From NCBI RefSeq assembly GCF_009914755.1, contig NC_060947.1: a stretch of DNA of 64,000 bases; one strand, given 5' to 3'. Under the pieces are notes generated by a model. That model made no database searches and was not told where the DNA came from. It worked only from the letters and a program-made list of their open reading frames with translations. A program made the position numbers and the translations under genes. This document shows positions 14,383-29,979 of this stretch, in pieces. The stretch is from the human T2T-CHM13v2.0 reference genome, Homo sapiens. Position 1 is the stretch's first letter. Each line of letters begins with the position of its first letter.

Positions 14383-14669
14383 TTTTAGAGACAGGGTCTC
14401 GCTCTGTTGCCCAGGCTGGAGCACAGTGATGGCTCACTGCAGCCTCAAACTCCTGGGCTCAAGCATTCCTCCTTCCTCAGCCTCCTGAGTAGCTGAGACT
14501 GCAGGTACCTTCCACCATGCCCAGCTAATTTATTTTACTTTATTTTTTTTGTAGAGATGGGGTCTCGCTTTCTGGTTCAGGCTGTTCGCAAACTCCTGAC
14601 TTCCAAAACTCCTCCTGCCTCAACCTCCCAAAGTGCTGGGATTACAGTGATAAGCCACCATGCCCAACC
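14383..14669 (-). mobile_element. Alu (AluJ-type)
   Basis: Reverse Alu AGAGACAGGGTCTCGCTCTGTTGCCCAGGCTGGAG...CCTCCCAAAGTGCTGGGATTACAG. Confidence 0.92.
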
Positions 14670-16849
14670 ATATTTTGAAATGTTTTTTAGGCAAATTATA
14701 ACATATTATAAATAGTATAACCTCATTTGTTAAATTATGTGTTTCTGTTTTTAAAAATGTCTGCAAGGGTATAGCCCAAAATGTTGACAATGGTCATCAG
14801 TGGTAAGCTTGGGAGTGATTTTTATTATCTTCTTTACACTTCTGTAATTTTGTATTTGTTTTTCTTTTCACAACAAAGTACATGCTTCAATTGGCAGTGG
14901 CAAGAAGCCACTTTTATTTTGAGAAAATAAAATGCAAATAAGAGTGTACCCTTTCCACCACACTGTGTTACCCATCTACTATGGCACTCAGGCACTGATA
15001 AAATCTTGATGAGTAGGTTGGCAGGGGAGGGTGGCCAGGAAAGAGGGCCAGCAATAACTAGGAATAGAATTGGGGAATAACTCAGTTCGTTATCTTTTCT
15101 ACACCATTCTCCTTGCTTAGTCAGGTTGGTAAGAGGGACACTGAGCCTCAGTTTCCTTGTCAGTATCCATACTTCTGAATAGTGTGGAGATGAAATGAGG
15201 TAATTTTCCCATAGCCAAGAGAGTGTATAGGGGTTAAGAGCACAGCTCTGGAGTAGTTAGCATGAGTTTGGATCCTAAATTCCTCATTACTAACTGATGA
15301 CCTTATACTTTTTGAACCTGTTTCCTCACTCCAAAATAGGGGGAATAATTTGGACCTGGAAAATTTCCTGTGAGGACTCAAGGAGCACATGGCCTGTTGA
15401 AATCCATGAACTACTAGACTGCCTCTATTCACCTGATGTCCTGCTTTTCACCCAGCCTCTTCACCGCAGCCTTTATGATGGAGAATAGAGGAGGAGGAGG
15501 GACACAGAGCCTCTTCTAACTCCAGCCACATTTACCTGGGCCTTGTTTCTAGGCAGTGGAAAGCCAGGAAGGAGAGTCAAGAAAGGTACAGATGAGTCAT
15601 CAATTCCCTTTGTGCTGCTAGAACAAGTGTCAGAGGGAAGCCATGTACCTGTCTGCCCATTGACACTCAGACAACCATTGTACTATAAGAAGCACTTGGC
15701 TGCCTGACAAAGAATGGAAAATAAACATGGCAAGGCCAAGATGTCCAAGATGAGTCAACTGGGCAGTGGTGGCAGGAGAGCAACAATGAAGAGTCCTAGC
15801 GTTTTGCACAGCTTGGTAAGCATCTGGCCCCAGAGCTTATTAGGATGAGTACTGTGTCCCCGCAAACACCAGCACTCCAGCCCAGTGGATGCCTAGAACT
15901 ATTCATCAAGATGAAGTGGGTTTTATTATTATGGATATTGTTAGCCACAAAACACAAAAGATGCAGAGGAGGAATGATTACTATGTTCCTCTTTTATGAT
16001 ATTCAATGGTTTGAGTCATGATAAGGAGGTCATCAGGATGAGAGTGGGTATCTCCCACCCCTTTCCTTTCTTTTGTAACAGAATATTGAATTGAACCCTG
16101 CAGTATGCTGGGCCCCAGGGATGCAGAGATGACGCACTGCATGCCCTGCCTTGGAGAAGAAGTCAAGTGGTGAAACCAGGCAAGTGCCATGCCATTAGAG
16201 TGCCCTGTGGTCAAGATGTACTCCAAAAGGATCTGAGACTAAATATCAGTGTGTGAGCAGCTCTACTTCCTACTGGAGGCACAAGCTGGTTCCTAAAGGA
16301 TGACAAGGCACTTGCCCAGGGCAAAGGCCTTGAAATAGGTGGCCAGCAAGTGACAACTGGGTCATGGCAACCCAAATGTGTCCAGATGCCAGGAGAGGCT
16401 TAGTCAAATACAAGTCGGCATACAAATTGAGTGTCCTCTTTGAAGCTTAGAGCAGTTGAGCAGTTAGGGTAAATCTTCTTAACTTGAGGCATGCAAGGCC
16501 CTACAGATCCCCTCTCCTCGCATCTGGCTCCAGTCACCCTTTCCAACCTCATTGCCATTACTGGCTCCTATCCTACCCTCTACCCACTTCACTAAACACA
16601 CCCTGTATTTTCCTGCCTTTGTGCCTTTCCAGGTACAGTCTGATCACCCAGAGTCCTCTTCTCCATCTCTGCCTCTGGTAGAGTCCAGTCAATCAATTAA
16701 GGTCAAATTCCTCCTCCAATAGACCCGACCCTTGGGGCATATCCACCATCTCTACCCACATGCCACCAGAAAGAATCAATCTCTCCTTCCCTTTTGTGCC
16801 CAGAACACTTAGTACCTCTGTTAAGAACTTGACACAACCTGCCTTGTGT

Positions 16850-17080
16850 AGCCAAATGGTTAAGAACACAAGCTGTGGTTTCAAGAGAGCAGACTTAGAA
16901 ACACCACCTGTGTGACCTCGGGTAAATTTACTAACCATTCGAGCCCTCAGTGTCATGATCTGTATAATGAGAATGATAATAGTGTCTACTTACTGGAGTT
17001 ATTTTTAGGATTATATGAGATAATGCATCTAAAGCATAGTGCCTGACACATAATAAGCATTCAATAAATTGTAGCTCATT
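16850..17080 (+). mobile_element. MIR inserted in an L2 fragment
   Basis: TGTGTGACCTCGGGTAAATTTACTAACC...GAGATAATGCATCTAAAGCATAGTGCCTGACACATAATAAGCATTCAATAAA. Confidence 0.75.
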
Positions 17081-17448
17081 TTGTTATATGGCCATGTTGT
17101 CCCCAACTTAAATTGTGAGCCACTAGAGATCAGGGACTATTGTTAATAGTATTATATTGTTACTGACTCTTTTTTCAGTTTGGTGACCAGTATATAGTAG
17201 GTGCTTGATAAAGATTGATAAGATCCTCTTGAATCATTGCCTTGAAGATACTGGGGTATTTCTGGAGTACTTCAAAGTTTGGGTTTATGATCTAGGATGT
17301 ACCATAACCCTAAAAGCATAAGACCCATATAGCCTTCTGAATAGCCTTCTGAATTGGGGGAAACCCTTGAGAGTTGAGCTGGTATGGGCATATATTTGAT
17401 AGGGCTTTTTTTCTCAGGCCATGTCAGACCAGTGAAATACTTGGGGCA

Positions 17449-17809
17449 TGCTATAGTCTGAATATTTGTGTCTCCCCAAATTCATAGGTTGATATCCTAA
17501 CCCCCAAGATGATGGTATTAGGAAGTGGAGCCTTTGGGAGATGATTGGGTTATAAGGGTAGAACCCTCATGAATGAGATTAGTGCCTTTATAAAGGAGGA
17601 CCAAGATAGATTCCTTGCTCCTATTGCCATGTGAGGTTAGTGTGAAAAGACAGCTATCTATGAGTTAGAAAATGGACCCTCACCAGACACTAAATCTGCT
17701 GGCTTCTTGATCTTCAACTTGCCAGCCTCCAGAACTGTAAGCAATAAATTTCTGTTGTTTATAAGCTACCCAGTCTATGGTATTTTATCAGCCTGAAGGG
17801 ACTAAGACA
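17449..17809 (+). mobile_element. MLT1A-type MaLR solo LTR
   Basis: TG...CA termini (TGCTATAGTCTGAAT...GACTAAGACA), CCAGCCTCCAGAACTGTAAGCAATAAATTTCTGTTG, 5-bp TSD GGGCA/GGGTA. Confidence 0.88.
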
Positions 17810-18130
17810 GGGTATGCAAGTCTATGATTCTCTAGAGCAGTCATGTGAAGTGCCTATGAGAAGGTTTTAAAGGAACACTCTAGACACCTAGAGAAAGAAA
17901 AGAGCCACTGAGATCTGCTGGGAGCAGCTGAAGGAACCACTGGGGAGAGAGCAGCAAAGGAAGAGCAGCCCCATCCTTCTGCCAAGAAGGTGATCTTGTT
18001 GAGGAGTTGGGTCGGGGCTGGTGCTGGTGTTATTTTAAATACGAGCTGAGTTTCTCAATGGGTCTGTACTGGGAGAAGCAGAGACAAACAGGGGAGGGAA
18101 CAGCCACTGCCATGTGTTGTGGCTAGTCAC

Positions 18131-18818
<688 letters not shown>

Positions 18819-19629
18819 TCATTTTTTTATTAGATTTGAACTACCCTGGCATAGACTTTATGTACTGTTCTTAGCTCTGATGCCATCTTACTTCCCCATC
18901 CTGGTTTTATCTCTGCCTCTGCTTTGCCGTCTGGTTATTTTCCCTCTCCTGTTGAAGGTGATATATTTCTTCAAACCACCACAAATCAACTTGGGCATGA
19001 GGTAAGGCATAAATAAATCATCTTTTTAAAAAAACATACATTCTCATTTGATACTCAAAACAATCCTGTGACAGATACGCTGATCCTCTGAGAGTATGAG
19101 ATTTGTGCAAAATCAAAAAGATTGTAAATATCTTCTAGGTCCAAGTTTGGTACACTTTCCACTAACAAACAACCAACCTGTTGAGCCCTGACTATGTGCC
19201 AGACACTGGGTGAGGGGTTGAAGATTGAAAATTGACTTGGTGCCAAGCACATTATCTCAGTTCTGTGAGGACAGTGTTGCCATCAACCCTGAATTACAGG
19301 TGAGGAATTTGAGGCTAACCACAGTTAGGTGACTTGATGTGGTCGTACAGCAAAGCAAGTAACAGGTTCTGTCCCAGCCAGTGCTCCTTTCGCTCCCACC
19401 TAACAAAGGTAGGGAGCTCACTGATGAGAGTGTTAGTTAGAGGCTACATCCTGCCATTCACTCAGTCTGCTGGTTTTCTAGTCCCATACGTCTGTAATCA
19501 AAACACTAAGAAGTACTAACATTCCTGGACCACCCGTCAGGTGCCAGGCATCATGCTAAATACTTAACTTTCATTATCTTGTCATCCTCTGAGGCAGGTA
19601 CTATTTTATTCCCTTTTCTCACTTCATTC

Positions 19630-21045
19630 CCTCTCCCTGTGTACTCTCATCCACAGCCACAACTACAGTTAGTACCTATGCTCAAATGAATGACAAATGT
19701 TTATATCTAGACCAGACTTTTCTGAGCATTTCACACCACTATTTCCAATTGCTTACTTAATTTTTGTTCTTGAATTTATTTGTTCATCTATTCAACAAAT
19801 ATTCATTGATCACCTACTATATAAAAAGCATGATTCTAGATGTTGAAGATTATAGCAGCATAAAAATAGACAAGAATCCCTTTCTCTTGGAGCTTACATT
19901 CTGGTGGGGGAATCACAGTAAGGAAGAAAAAAATGGAAAATATCTAGATAATATGAAGAACTAAGGTGAAAAATAAAGCAGAGAAGAGGATATGAAATGT
20001 TGGAGTGGTGTTGAAATTGTAGATAGGATAGAGAGAGAAGGCCTCGCTGTTGTTGTAGTATTTGAATAAGGGAGGTGGAAGAGGTGAGAGAGGTAAGGGA
20101 AACCTCTAAAACACCTCAAACTCAATAGGACCAAAATCCAACCCGTGATTTTCTCCTTAGAACTTAATCCTTTTTCAGTGATCTCAATCTCAAGAAATGA
20201 TCCCACCATCTGAGTTAGTTGAGGCAGAAACCTAGAAGCCATCCTCACTCTAAGCTCTTTCTCCCTTCCTCATACCCCTGCCAACATATCCAATCCATCA
20301 ACAAGTTTTGTTGATTCTAGGCCATAACTATTTCTCTTGAGATAACACACTTTTCCCCCATCTCCATTATTACCATTGTGATCCAAGCCCATGTCATCTT
20401 TCACAGCAGCCAGAGTTAACCTTTTCCAAACTAAAATCTGGTAATGTTATCACCTCACTTAAGACTTACAATGGCATAACATTGCTCTTACTGGTAGGAT
20501 GAAGACCAAACTGTTTCATGACCTGTACATAGTCTGACTCTAACCTCCTTCTCCAGTCTCCTTTCATACCAGTATTGCCCCCACTTCAAATACACATACC
20601 CACCCCCCACCCCACACACACTCTAGTCAAACTAGCTTTATTTTAGAATCTTAAATCAGTCATGTTCTTGCCAATATACATCCTGTTTACATGCTGTTCC
20701 TTCTTTCTGGAACGCCCTTCTTCACTTGTCTCAAGCCTGTCACTCTCACCTAGTTATCACCCCATTCAGAGAGCAGCCTTCCCTGACCTTCCTGACTCGG
20801 TCATGTTCTCCTGCTACAGGGTGTCATGACCCTGTGGATTTCCCCCTCCACACTTTCACAGATGCAATTTTACATCAAGTTTTGTGACTATTTGTTTAAT
20901 GTCTACCTTCCCCACTGAACTGTAACTCCATGAGGACAGGGATCTATATGCTTATGATTGAAACCCCAGTGCCTAGAATAGTGCTTGGCACTTAAATAGG
21001 TGCTCAACAAATATTTGTTGAGTGAATGAATGAAAAAAATGAATG
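19630..21045. mobile_element. L2 fragments (plus-strand L2 interrupted by a minus-strand L2 at ~19775-20100)
   Basis: L2 tails in both orientations (CATCTATTCAACAAATATTCATTGA and CAACAAATATTTGTTGAGTGAATGAATG). Confidence 0.65.
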
Positions 21046-23939
21046 GGCCACAATTTCACAGATAAAACTGTGACTCAGAGAGGTAAAACACATTGCTCAA
21101 GGCCACATAATTGGTTAGTGACAGAGCAGGGACTTGAAATGAAATCTGTTGATTTCATTTCCCATGTTCTTTCTCCTGCCTTTTACATTTTATACTTTTA
21201 ATTTCAGAAGTTTCATGTGAATACAGTCATGCAGTCCCCCAGGCTTTGTCCTTCCTAAGAAATACCACTGTTAACATTTTGGTATCTATGTTTCCAAGGC
21301 TCATTCTCTGTTTTAAAATATATATATATGTACACACACATACTCATGGATAAACATATTTTATTGGGTTTTGTATTTTAACATCAATGGAATCATACTA
21401 GGTGCATTCTTCTGATAGAATAATCTTTTATTAACATAACATTGTGCCTTTAGAGATCTTTTGTCAGTACATAAGCCTGGCACACTCCTGGCACACTCCT
21501 TTGCATATGTGAAGAGATGCTGAAACATTAAATAAATGATACATAAAATGCATGTGTCATTAAGTAATTCGTTTGTTATCAAAAGAGAGTAAGGTAACAA
21601 CATTTTGGTGTAGTTCCTTTATTATTTGTCACTGTGCTACATTTTAGAAATCCACAGATGAGGAAGGCAGTTCTTGCCTGTATTCTGCCAGCATAGATAA
21701 AGCTAGGAGGAATGAGACAGCATGGTATACTTAGGGCAACAGAAGTAGCTCTGTGTTACCATAGCCTATAGTGCAAGGACAAATGTGAGAGACAAGGCTA
21801 CGGACATAGGCAGGGGGTAGATTATGTAGAGCTTTATTTATAATGCTAAAGCACTGTGGCCCTTATCCTGATGGCACAGGGTACCATATAAGGATTACTG
21901 GTTAGGAATGCTTTAGCTGCAAGTAGCAGAAAATCTATTAATAATATATATTTTTTCTTAAATGTAATAAGTCTAAAGACAGGCAGTTGCTGGTTTTGCT
22001 TCAGAGGCTCAACAATGCTCTTAGAGCTGTGTTGGAAAGCCCATACAATTATGACACAGTTATAAGAAGTGCATTCAGAAAGGATCATGGTTTGAACTGG
22101 TTGAACTCATAGGACTGTATCTGCTGCCAGCTTCATCTTTTGGCCAGCCTCACCTGGCATTTGTATGTATGCCCTATCTGGGAGATTTAACATACTGCCA
22201 GGAAATGCCACTAGCCACCAAAAATGGAGGAATATAGTGGGGTCACAATCTCCATCTAGGCCTCAGGAAAAATAAAGTATTCATTATTTAACCTATGGAT
22301 GATACCTTCCTAAACTACAAATATAAAAACAAATGTGGTCCAAAACATATTAAGAAGAAAGAGGAGGAGGAGGAGGAGGACAATAACAGCAATGACAGCA
22401 AGAACAAGGACAAGACATTGACAACTGGGAGTTCAGGCTCTGCCAAGATCTTCTTGATGCGAGGTGGTAGGAGACAGCTACTTCTTCCCACTCTTTCCTT
22501 ATGTCTTCTGTCAGTTCAAAGAAGCCCAGGTAGTCATGAATCTGGACCTCCTCAGAGCATGAATCCTAGACTGAGTCCACAAGGGAAGTACCTGAAAAAT
22601 GACTTTTTAGATGTGATTGGGGTAATTAGAATAATTGACAATGTCTCTTGACCTCTGTGAATAACTTAATTATATAATCATATATTCTTTGCCTGGCCAC
22701 CCAAGAGCAAACTGGGACGGCCCCATATCTGTCCAACCCACAAGAAACAGGAGGTTGAATTGTTGGACCAAGCAGCATTTGAACCAGAATGTGGATGACG
22801 CAGACAAGGTATTCAAAGTCCTAAACTCTTTTCATCCCCAACTTCTACCTTTCTGTATTAAGGACACATAGAGATTTTTTTTAGTTGCCCTTGTATCAAA
22901 ATCCAGAGGACAGGAAGGTAGTAGAGGCCATTTTTGTATTGAGAAATTAACTGCCTTTAAAACTATGGGGTTTTGTAAAGGACAAGCCCATCTCAGCCCT
23001 CTGCCCCATCTGCACATCTACCCCATTCATGTGTGACTAACAATTAGGACTTCTCAAAGTGATCTGTCCTATTTATATTAACCACCATTACTCTTTATTT
23101 TGGATGAACAGCCAAACCTTATGACTACCTGGAGGCTCTCGCTCACTATTTCGATAATGGCTTTCAAAAAAAAGACTCTCCGGAAGAAGTCTAAGTATCT
23201 ATAATTTAAATAAGTGCCCCTGATTATTCTCATACGTAGTCATTGGAAACTACTGGCCTAGAGGTCATTAAGGAAAACCAAAAGACATCCTGTGGTACAA
23301 GGAAAGCTTCTCCCAGAAGGGATGACTCGCCAGGAAAACATCCAGGCATGAGACCAACTTGGTTCTATACCCACTTCTCTATCTACTCATTCATTCATGT
23401 AGCTGATCATCTAGCTAGAAACTATGATTTACAGAGTAGTTTAGGATAAGATTGAGTTCTGATGCAGGCTAATGAAGGAACTAACATATCTTAAGGAGGG
23501 GCATGATGTCATCAGATTCATTAAGTCACTCTCATTTCTTCTACTACCCCAAGCTCAAGGTTTTTCCTGGGTTTTCTCAGGGTCTTCAAGATGGTAAAAC
23601 TTCTGTCGTCTTCCCTTAACTAAATGCATGTATAATATCAATGCATTTTCAAATATTTATTGAGCATTTACTATATGTGAGGTATTTTGCCTGTTTCCAG
23701 ATATGTAGCAATGAACATGCTAGGCAAGAATGTTGATATCATAGAGACTTCCCTATTCCTTGCTTCCTACCCTGTGTTGCAGGCTTGAGGAAGGATCCTA
23801 CAACCACAGCAGAATTTCAGGAGTAGAAGTCAGCCCTGGTACTTGGTACAGTCAATTTGCGGGTGATCAGAGGCGTACTTCTAGAAACCAACCTCTGACC
23901 TCACATGTTCTAGGATGATTTTTTTTTTAAGATGATATG

Positions 23940-24435
23940 GATAGCATGGCAGAGACTACTTGTTCCCCAATATTTCTTCACTCCTTCTTCCATAATAACA
24001 GAATCTTGAGCAAGTCACATGGCCACTCAGAATGGAGATTATATTTCCAGTCTCCATTGCAGAGTCAGGTTTAGCCATAAGACTAAGTTTTAGCCAGTGG
24101 GGTGTGAGCAGTAGTGGTGTGTGTGGTATGTGAGTTGTTACCTCTAATGGAAAAGACATTCCTTATCCTTCCCTTTTTCCCCTCCTCACTGGCTGGGTGT
24201 CATGGTAAGTCATCTTTGACCATACAGGTAGAGTAAGATTTTAGGGATGGCAGAGTATGATGGTAGAAGGAACTTGGGTTCCTGAATACTTCATTGAGCG
24301 GTGTTGCTGTACCGGCCCTGCACTACCTACCTCCTGATGGTTACATGAGAGAGAAAGCAACATTCATGTAGTTGAAGCCACTCTTATCTTGGATTTCTGT
24401 TACAGCAACAGAACCTATGTCCTAACTAATACTGT
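23940..24435 (+). mobile_element. Old MLT1 (MaLR) LTR
   Basis: TATTTCCAGTCTCCATTGCAG...TTAGCCATAAGACTAAGTTTTAGCCAGTGG...TTTCTGTTACAGCAAC...CCTAACTAATAC. Confidence 0.65.
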
Positions 24436-24736
24436 GTTCAATGAGAAACTCACTAATTACCAGAATGAGAATAGATTTAACAGGCTCATATAGGCAAAAC
24501 CCATACAATATTGGGTTGAGGAATGTGGAAAAAGTGTGGAAGTAGAGATAGTAATTGTAGGCAACTCTTTCAAGGTCATCTGTAAAAAGAGGGACACTAA
24601 GGCATTAGCTATAGTGGATGTTGGGTGAAGAGAAGGCTATGGTTTTGGTGGAATGGTGATAAGAGAAATATGATCATGTTTCCAATATTATTGGAAGGCT
24701 CCAATAGAGAACAAGAAGTTAAAATACAGAAGAGGT

Positions 24737-25049
24737 GGCAAACATGGTGGCTCACGCCTGTAATCCCAGTACTTTGGGAGGCCAAGGCAGACAGATCACT
24801 TGAGGTCAGGGATTCGAGACCAGCCTCGCCAACATGACAAAACCCCAGCTCTACTAAAAATACAAAAGTTAGCTGGGCATGGTGGCGGGCACCTGTAATC
24901 TCAGCTACCAGTGAGGCTGAGGCAGGAGAATCAGTTGCAGTAGGTAGTACAGGTTACAGTAGGTAGTGCAGGTTATAGTGAGCCGAGATTACGCCTCTGC
25001 ACTCCAGCTTGGGCGACAGAGGGAGACTCAGTCTCAAAAAAAAAAAAAA
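24737..25049 (+). mobile_element. Alu (AluS) with internal 19-bp tandem rearrangement
   Basis: Full Alu, TSD AAAATACAGAA; right arm partly replaced by a tandem repeat at 24934-24979. Confidence 0.93.
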
Positions 25050-25088
25050 TACAGAAATGGTGAGAGGAATCGATGGAAGCAACCCCTA

Positions 25089-25413
<325 letters not shown>

Positions 25414-26731
25414 AACCCCTAAGGAGTCAGCAAGGATGAGATCCAAAACCCAGGGTGGAAAAGGGAAAGCTGGTTCTTCTGAGAAAGAAACAACAAGGAA
25501 AAGATGACTGTAGAAACAAGCAATGGCCAGGAATCTAAGGGAATTCCTCTGTGAAGGAGGAGGCAAAGCCATCTGCTGAGAGTGTAAGTAGGACATGGCT
25601 GTCAGTTCAGGGGCTTGCATTTGAGTACTGAGGTTTTGAGTTGTTGGGTAAGACAAGAAGGTGACTAAAAACAAAGAGGATTTCAGGCTGGAATTGTGGG
25701 CCCGGGTGGTTTTGCACTCTATGAGTCCACACAGTTGTATGATATTTATCTGGAAAAGATTAATTATAGAAAAAACAAAAATTTAAAGAGCGTAGACTAT
25801 ATAGGAGCAGAAGGCTTAAAAACCTAAGGGAGACCTTAACATAATGTGATAACATCACAGATGTTAAAAAACGGATAAAGGGTTAGAAAAGTGAAAGGAA
25901 CTTCTCTCTAAAGATGCGACAGGCATTTATTCTCCCAGGCCAGGTGGAGTGCTGGGCTCTAACCAATACCATCTCATGTAACCCTCACCACAACACATGG
26001 AGATAGGGATGACTAGCTTCATTTTTCACATACGAGATGGAGTCAGGTCAGGTCATATCAATGGTGAACTACAAAGTGTAGAAGTAAGCCCCATTTTTTT
26101 CCTGATTTTAAAGTGCATGCTCCAGCCACCTCCACTCTGCTGCCTTGAACAGACCTTCCCTGGATACCGGAAAACGATGATCTATTTGAGAGGCAATTTT
26201 GCAGCAGGGAAAGTTACTGTTTTTTTATCTGCAATTTCTCATTAGTCTGGGTTTTGAAAGCCTACTTGAACCGTCTCTACTTGTTTGTGGGCTTTTTTCA
26301 TTCGCATGCACTCTGACCTAAGTCGCGACGGATAACTTGTTGCCAGGATATCTCTGTAATAGCCAGAATGAAAAGTAAACAATAGCAAAACATCACATTA
26401 ATCTAGCTCTTTGTGATGGCTGCATTTCTTTTTGTTAAACGCATTATTTCTGAATCTTTCTTGGGGGTGGGTCCAGGGAAGGGAGAGAGCTATTAACAAC
26501 CTACTATTCTTTATTTAAAACCTCTTTATATAATATTCAACTATTGCTCTACAGACATTTAACACCCAGTCTACATCCCTTTTGGTTAAAATGCTGATGA
26601 CTACATGACCAGATAAATTACAATCTTAAATAAAAGTGGGTAGGCATAGTAAACTGAAAACTGACAAGGACCTTTACAACTCTAACTTTCCAAATAATGA
26701 GAAAATTATAGGAAATAAATCTTTTTTTCTG

Positions 26732-27209
26732 TTGTCCCAGGTTTATTAAAAATATTGCACCATAGCAAAAAGATTCAAACAGCTCCACGTGGTATTTTAA
26801 AATTCATCCTAACTGTAGGCTGATTGACTTGCAGTTTCGGCAGACTGCCAAAGTCCAAAACCCTCAGCATTTCCTCAGTGTCCAGATCCTCTTCAATGAT
26901 CTCCTGATCCAGAGTTGTGATAATTCGGAAACATAATTATCTCTCCTTTCTCTGCCCTCCTCCTGCAACTCGATGGAGATAACCCTCACTGGACCTCTCT
27001 AAATCTCTTTCATCAGATGTGTGACATAGCCTGCCATCTTGTTGTGGAGCTTCTTGTTGGGAATAATGGCAACTTCCTCGCACATGCCTTTGCTCATGTG
27101 GAAGTAGTTGCCCAGCAGGTATAGTACTTTTCAATGATGATCCAGGCTGCCTTCTTCATACTTTTGGTGCGAACGTGGTCCAGCTTGGCAGGTCCTTGCT
27201 AAAAGAGAC
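26732..27209 (-). pseudogene. Processed pseudogene of ribosomal protein S17 (RPS17 retrocopy)
   Basis: Minus strand gives intronless RPS17 remnants ([18 protein letters not shown]...[32 protein letters not shown]...[26 protein letters not shown]); pyrimidine-rich 5'UTR CTCTTTTAGCAAGGACC; AATAAA; ATG lost; TAG at 26999-27001; perfect 15-bp TSD AAATCTTTTTTTCTG at 26717-26731 and 27210-27224. Confidence 0.95.
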
Positions 27210-27467
27210 AAATCTTTTTTTCTGAAACCGCCCATTTAGAAACATCTAGCTCTCTGACACTTTCTCACACGATCCTGCAATGAATTTGTGGGGTAGGTAC
27301 TACAATTATCCCCATTGGACAGATGAGGAAACTGAAGCCCAGAGAGTTGAAGTGACTAGTGACTAATGTAAGGACACACAATGAGTGGTAGAGGCATGAT
27401 TTGAACCTAAGTATGTACAGTTCACATACAGGTGATTGTTTTACTCCAGCTTTAAGAATGGGTCAGA

Positions 27468-27876
27468 GGCCAGGCATGGTGGTTCAAGCCTGTAATCCCA
27501 ACACTTTGGGAGGCAGATGTGGGAGGATTGCTTGAGGCCAGGAATTTGAGACCAGTGTAGGCAACATGGCAAGACCTTGTCACTGCAGAAAATTTAAAAA
27601 TTAGCCAGTCGTGGTAGCATGCACCTGTAGTCCTAGCTACTTGGGAGGCTGAGGCAGGAGGATCACTTGAGCTTAGGAGTTGGAGTCCAGCCTGGGCAAT
27701 ATGATGAGACTCTGTCTCTACAAAAATTTTAAAAATTAGCCCGGTGTGGTGGTGTGTGCCTACAGTCCCAGCTATGCAAGAGGATTGCTTGAGCCCAGGA
27801 GATTGAGGCTGCAGTGAGCTGTAGTTATACCATTGCACCCCAGCCTGGGGGACAGAGCAAGACCCTGTCTAAAAAA
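27468..27876 (+). mobile_element. Three-monomer Alu (AluJ/FLAM composite)
   Basis: Three monomers separated by two A-rich linkers (AAAAATTTAAAAATTAGCC, AAAAATTTTAAAAATTAGCC). Confidence 0.88.
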
Positions 27877-27908
27877 GGATACGTAGGCTTTCAATGTGTG
27901 GATTTTAA

Positions 27909-28212
<304 letters not shown>

Positions 28213-29018
28213 TCAACATGGATTTCAGTCTTGGTAGAAGTAGACAGAAAAACTGCAAGGACATAGTAGAATTGAACATAACTATTAATGTGATTGACCT
28301 ATTGACCTGTATAGAACCTTCAATAGAATACACGTTCTTTTTGAGCACATTCAAACTATGAACCGGAATAGACCATATTCTAGATGATAAAACAAATCTC
28401 AATATATTTGGAAGAATTCAAGTAATACCAAGTCTATTATATGACCATAAAGGAATTAAATTAGCAATCAATAATAGAAAAATCTCCTGAAATCCCCAAA
28501 TATTTATACACTAAATAACATACTTCTAAATAAACCATGAGTGTCTAAGAAGAACTCAGAAGTGAAATTGGAAAGTAATTTGAACTGAATGCAAAGGAAA
28601 ACACAAAATTTGTTGGAAACTGCTAAAGCAGTGATGAAGGGGGAATTTGTACCACTAAACACCTATGCTAGTGAAGAGGAAAGGTTTCAAATCAATGGCC
28701 TCAGCATCTACCTGCAGAAACTAGGGGAAAAAAGAGCAAATAAGCTCAAACTGAGCAGAAGAAAGGAATGGAAATGAATGAAATAGAAAACAGAAAAACA
28801 ATTGAGAAAATCAATGAAACTAAAAGCTGTTTAAATAAGAATAATAAAATTGATAAATCTCTAGGCAGACTGATGAGGGAAAAAAAGAGAATACACAAAT
28901 TATCAGTATCAGAAATGAAGAAAAACAACATCATGAAAGATCCTACAGACATTAAAATTTTCAGAGCCTACTATGAACAAATTTATGCCAATAATTCAAT
29001 AGCTTAGATGAATGGACA

Positions 29019-29326
<308 letters not shown>

Positions 29327-29532
29327 TGAAAGACATAAACTACCAAAGTTCCCACAGGAAGAAATAGATAACTTGAATAGTTCTATATCTATTAATGAAA
29401 TTGAGTTTCTAGATAAAAACCTACCCACAAAGACAATTCCAGGCCCAGGTGCTTTCACAGGTGAAATTTATCAGACATTTAAGAAAGAAATGATAGCAAT
29501 TCTATACAAAGTCTTCTAGAAAATTGAAGAGG

Positions 29533-29846
<314 letters not shown>

Positions 29847-29979
29847 TCAATCTATGAGGCCAGCATTACCCTGTATTAGTTTTCTAGGGCTGCCATAACA
29901 AAGTACCACAAACTGGGTGGCTTACACAACAGAAATTTATTGTCTCACAGTTCTGGAAGCTAGAAGTTCACGATTAAGG

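Noticed and set aside
22295-22651. 118-aa ATG-initiated ORF with an acidic run
   Set aside because: Driven by a (GAG)n/(AAC)n low-complexity tract; no domain or promoter support
26937-27134. 65-aa ORF inside the RPS17 copy
   Set aside because: Out-of-frame reading of a disrupted pseudogene
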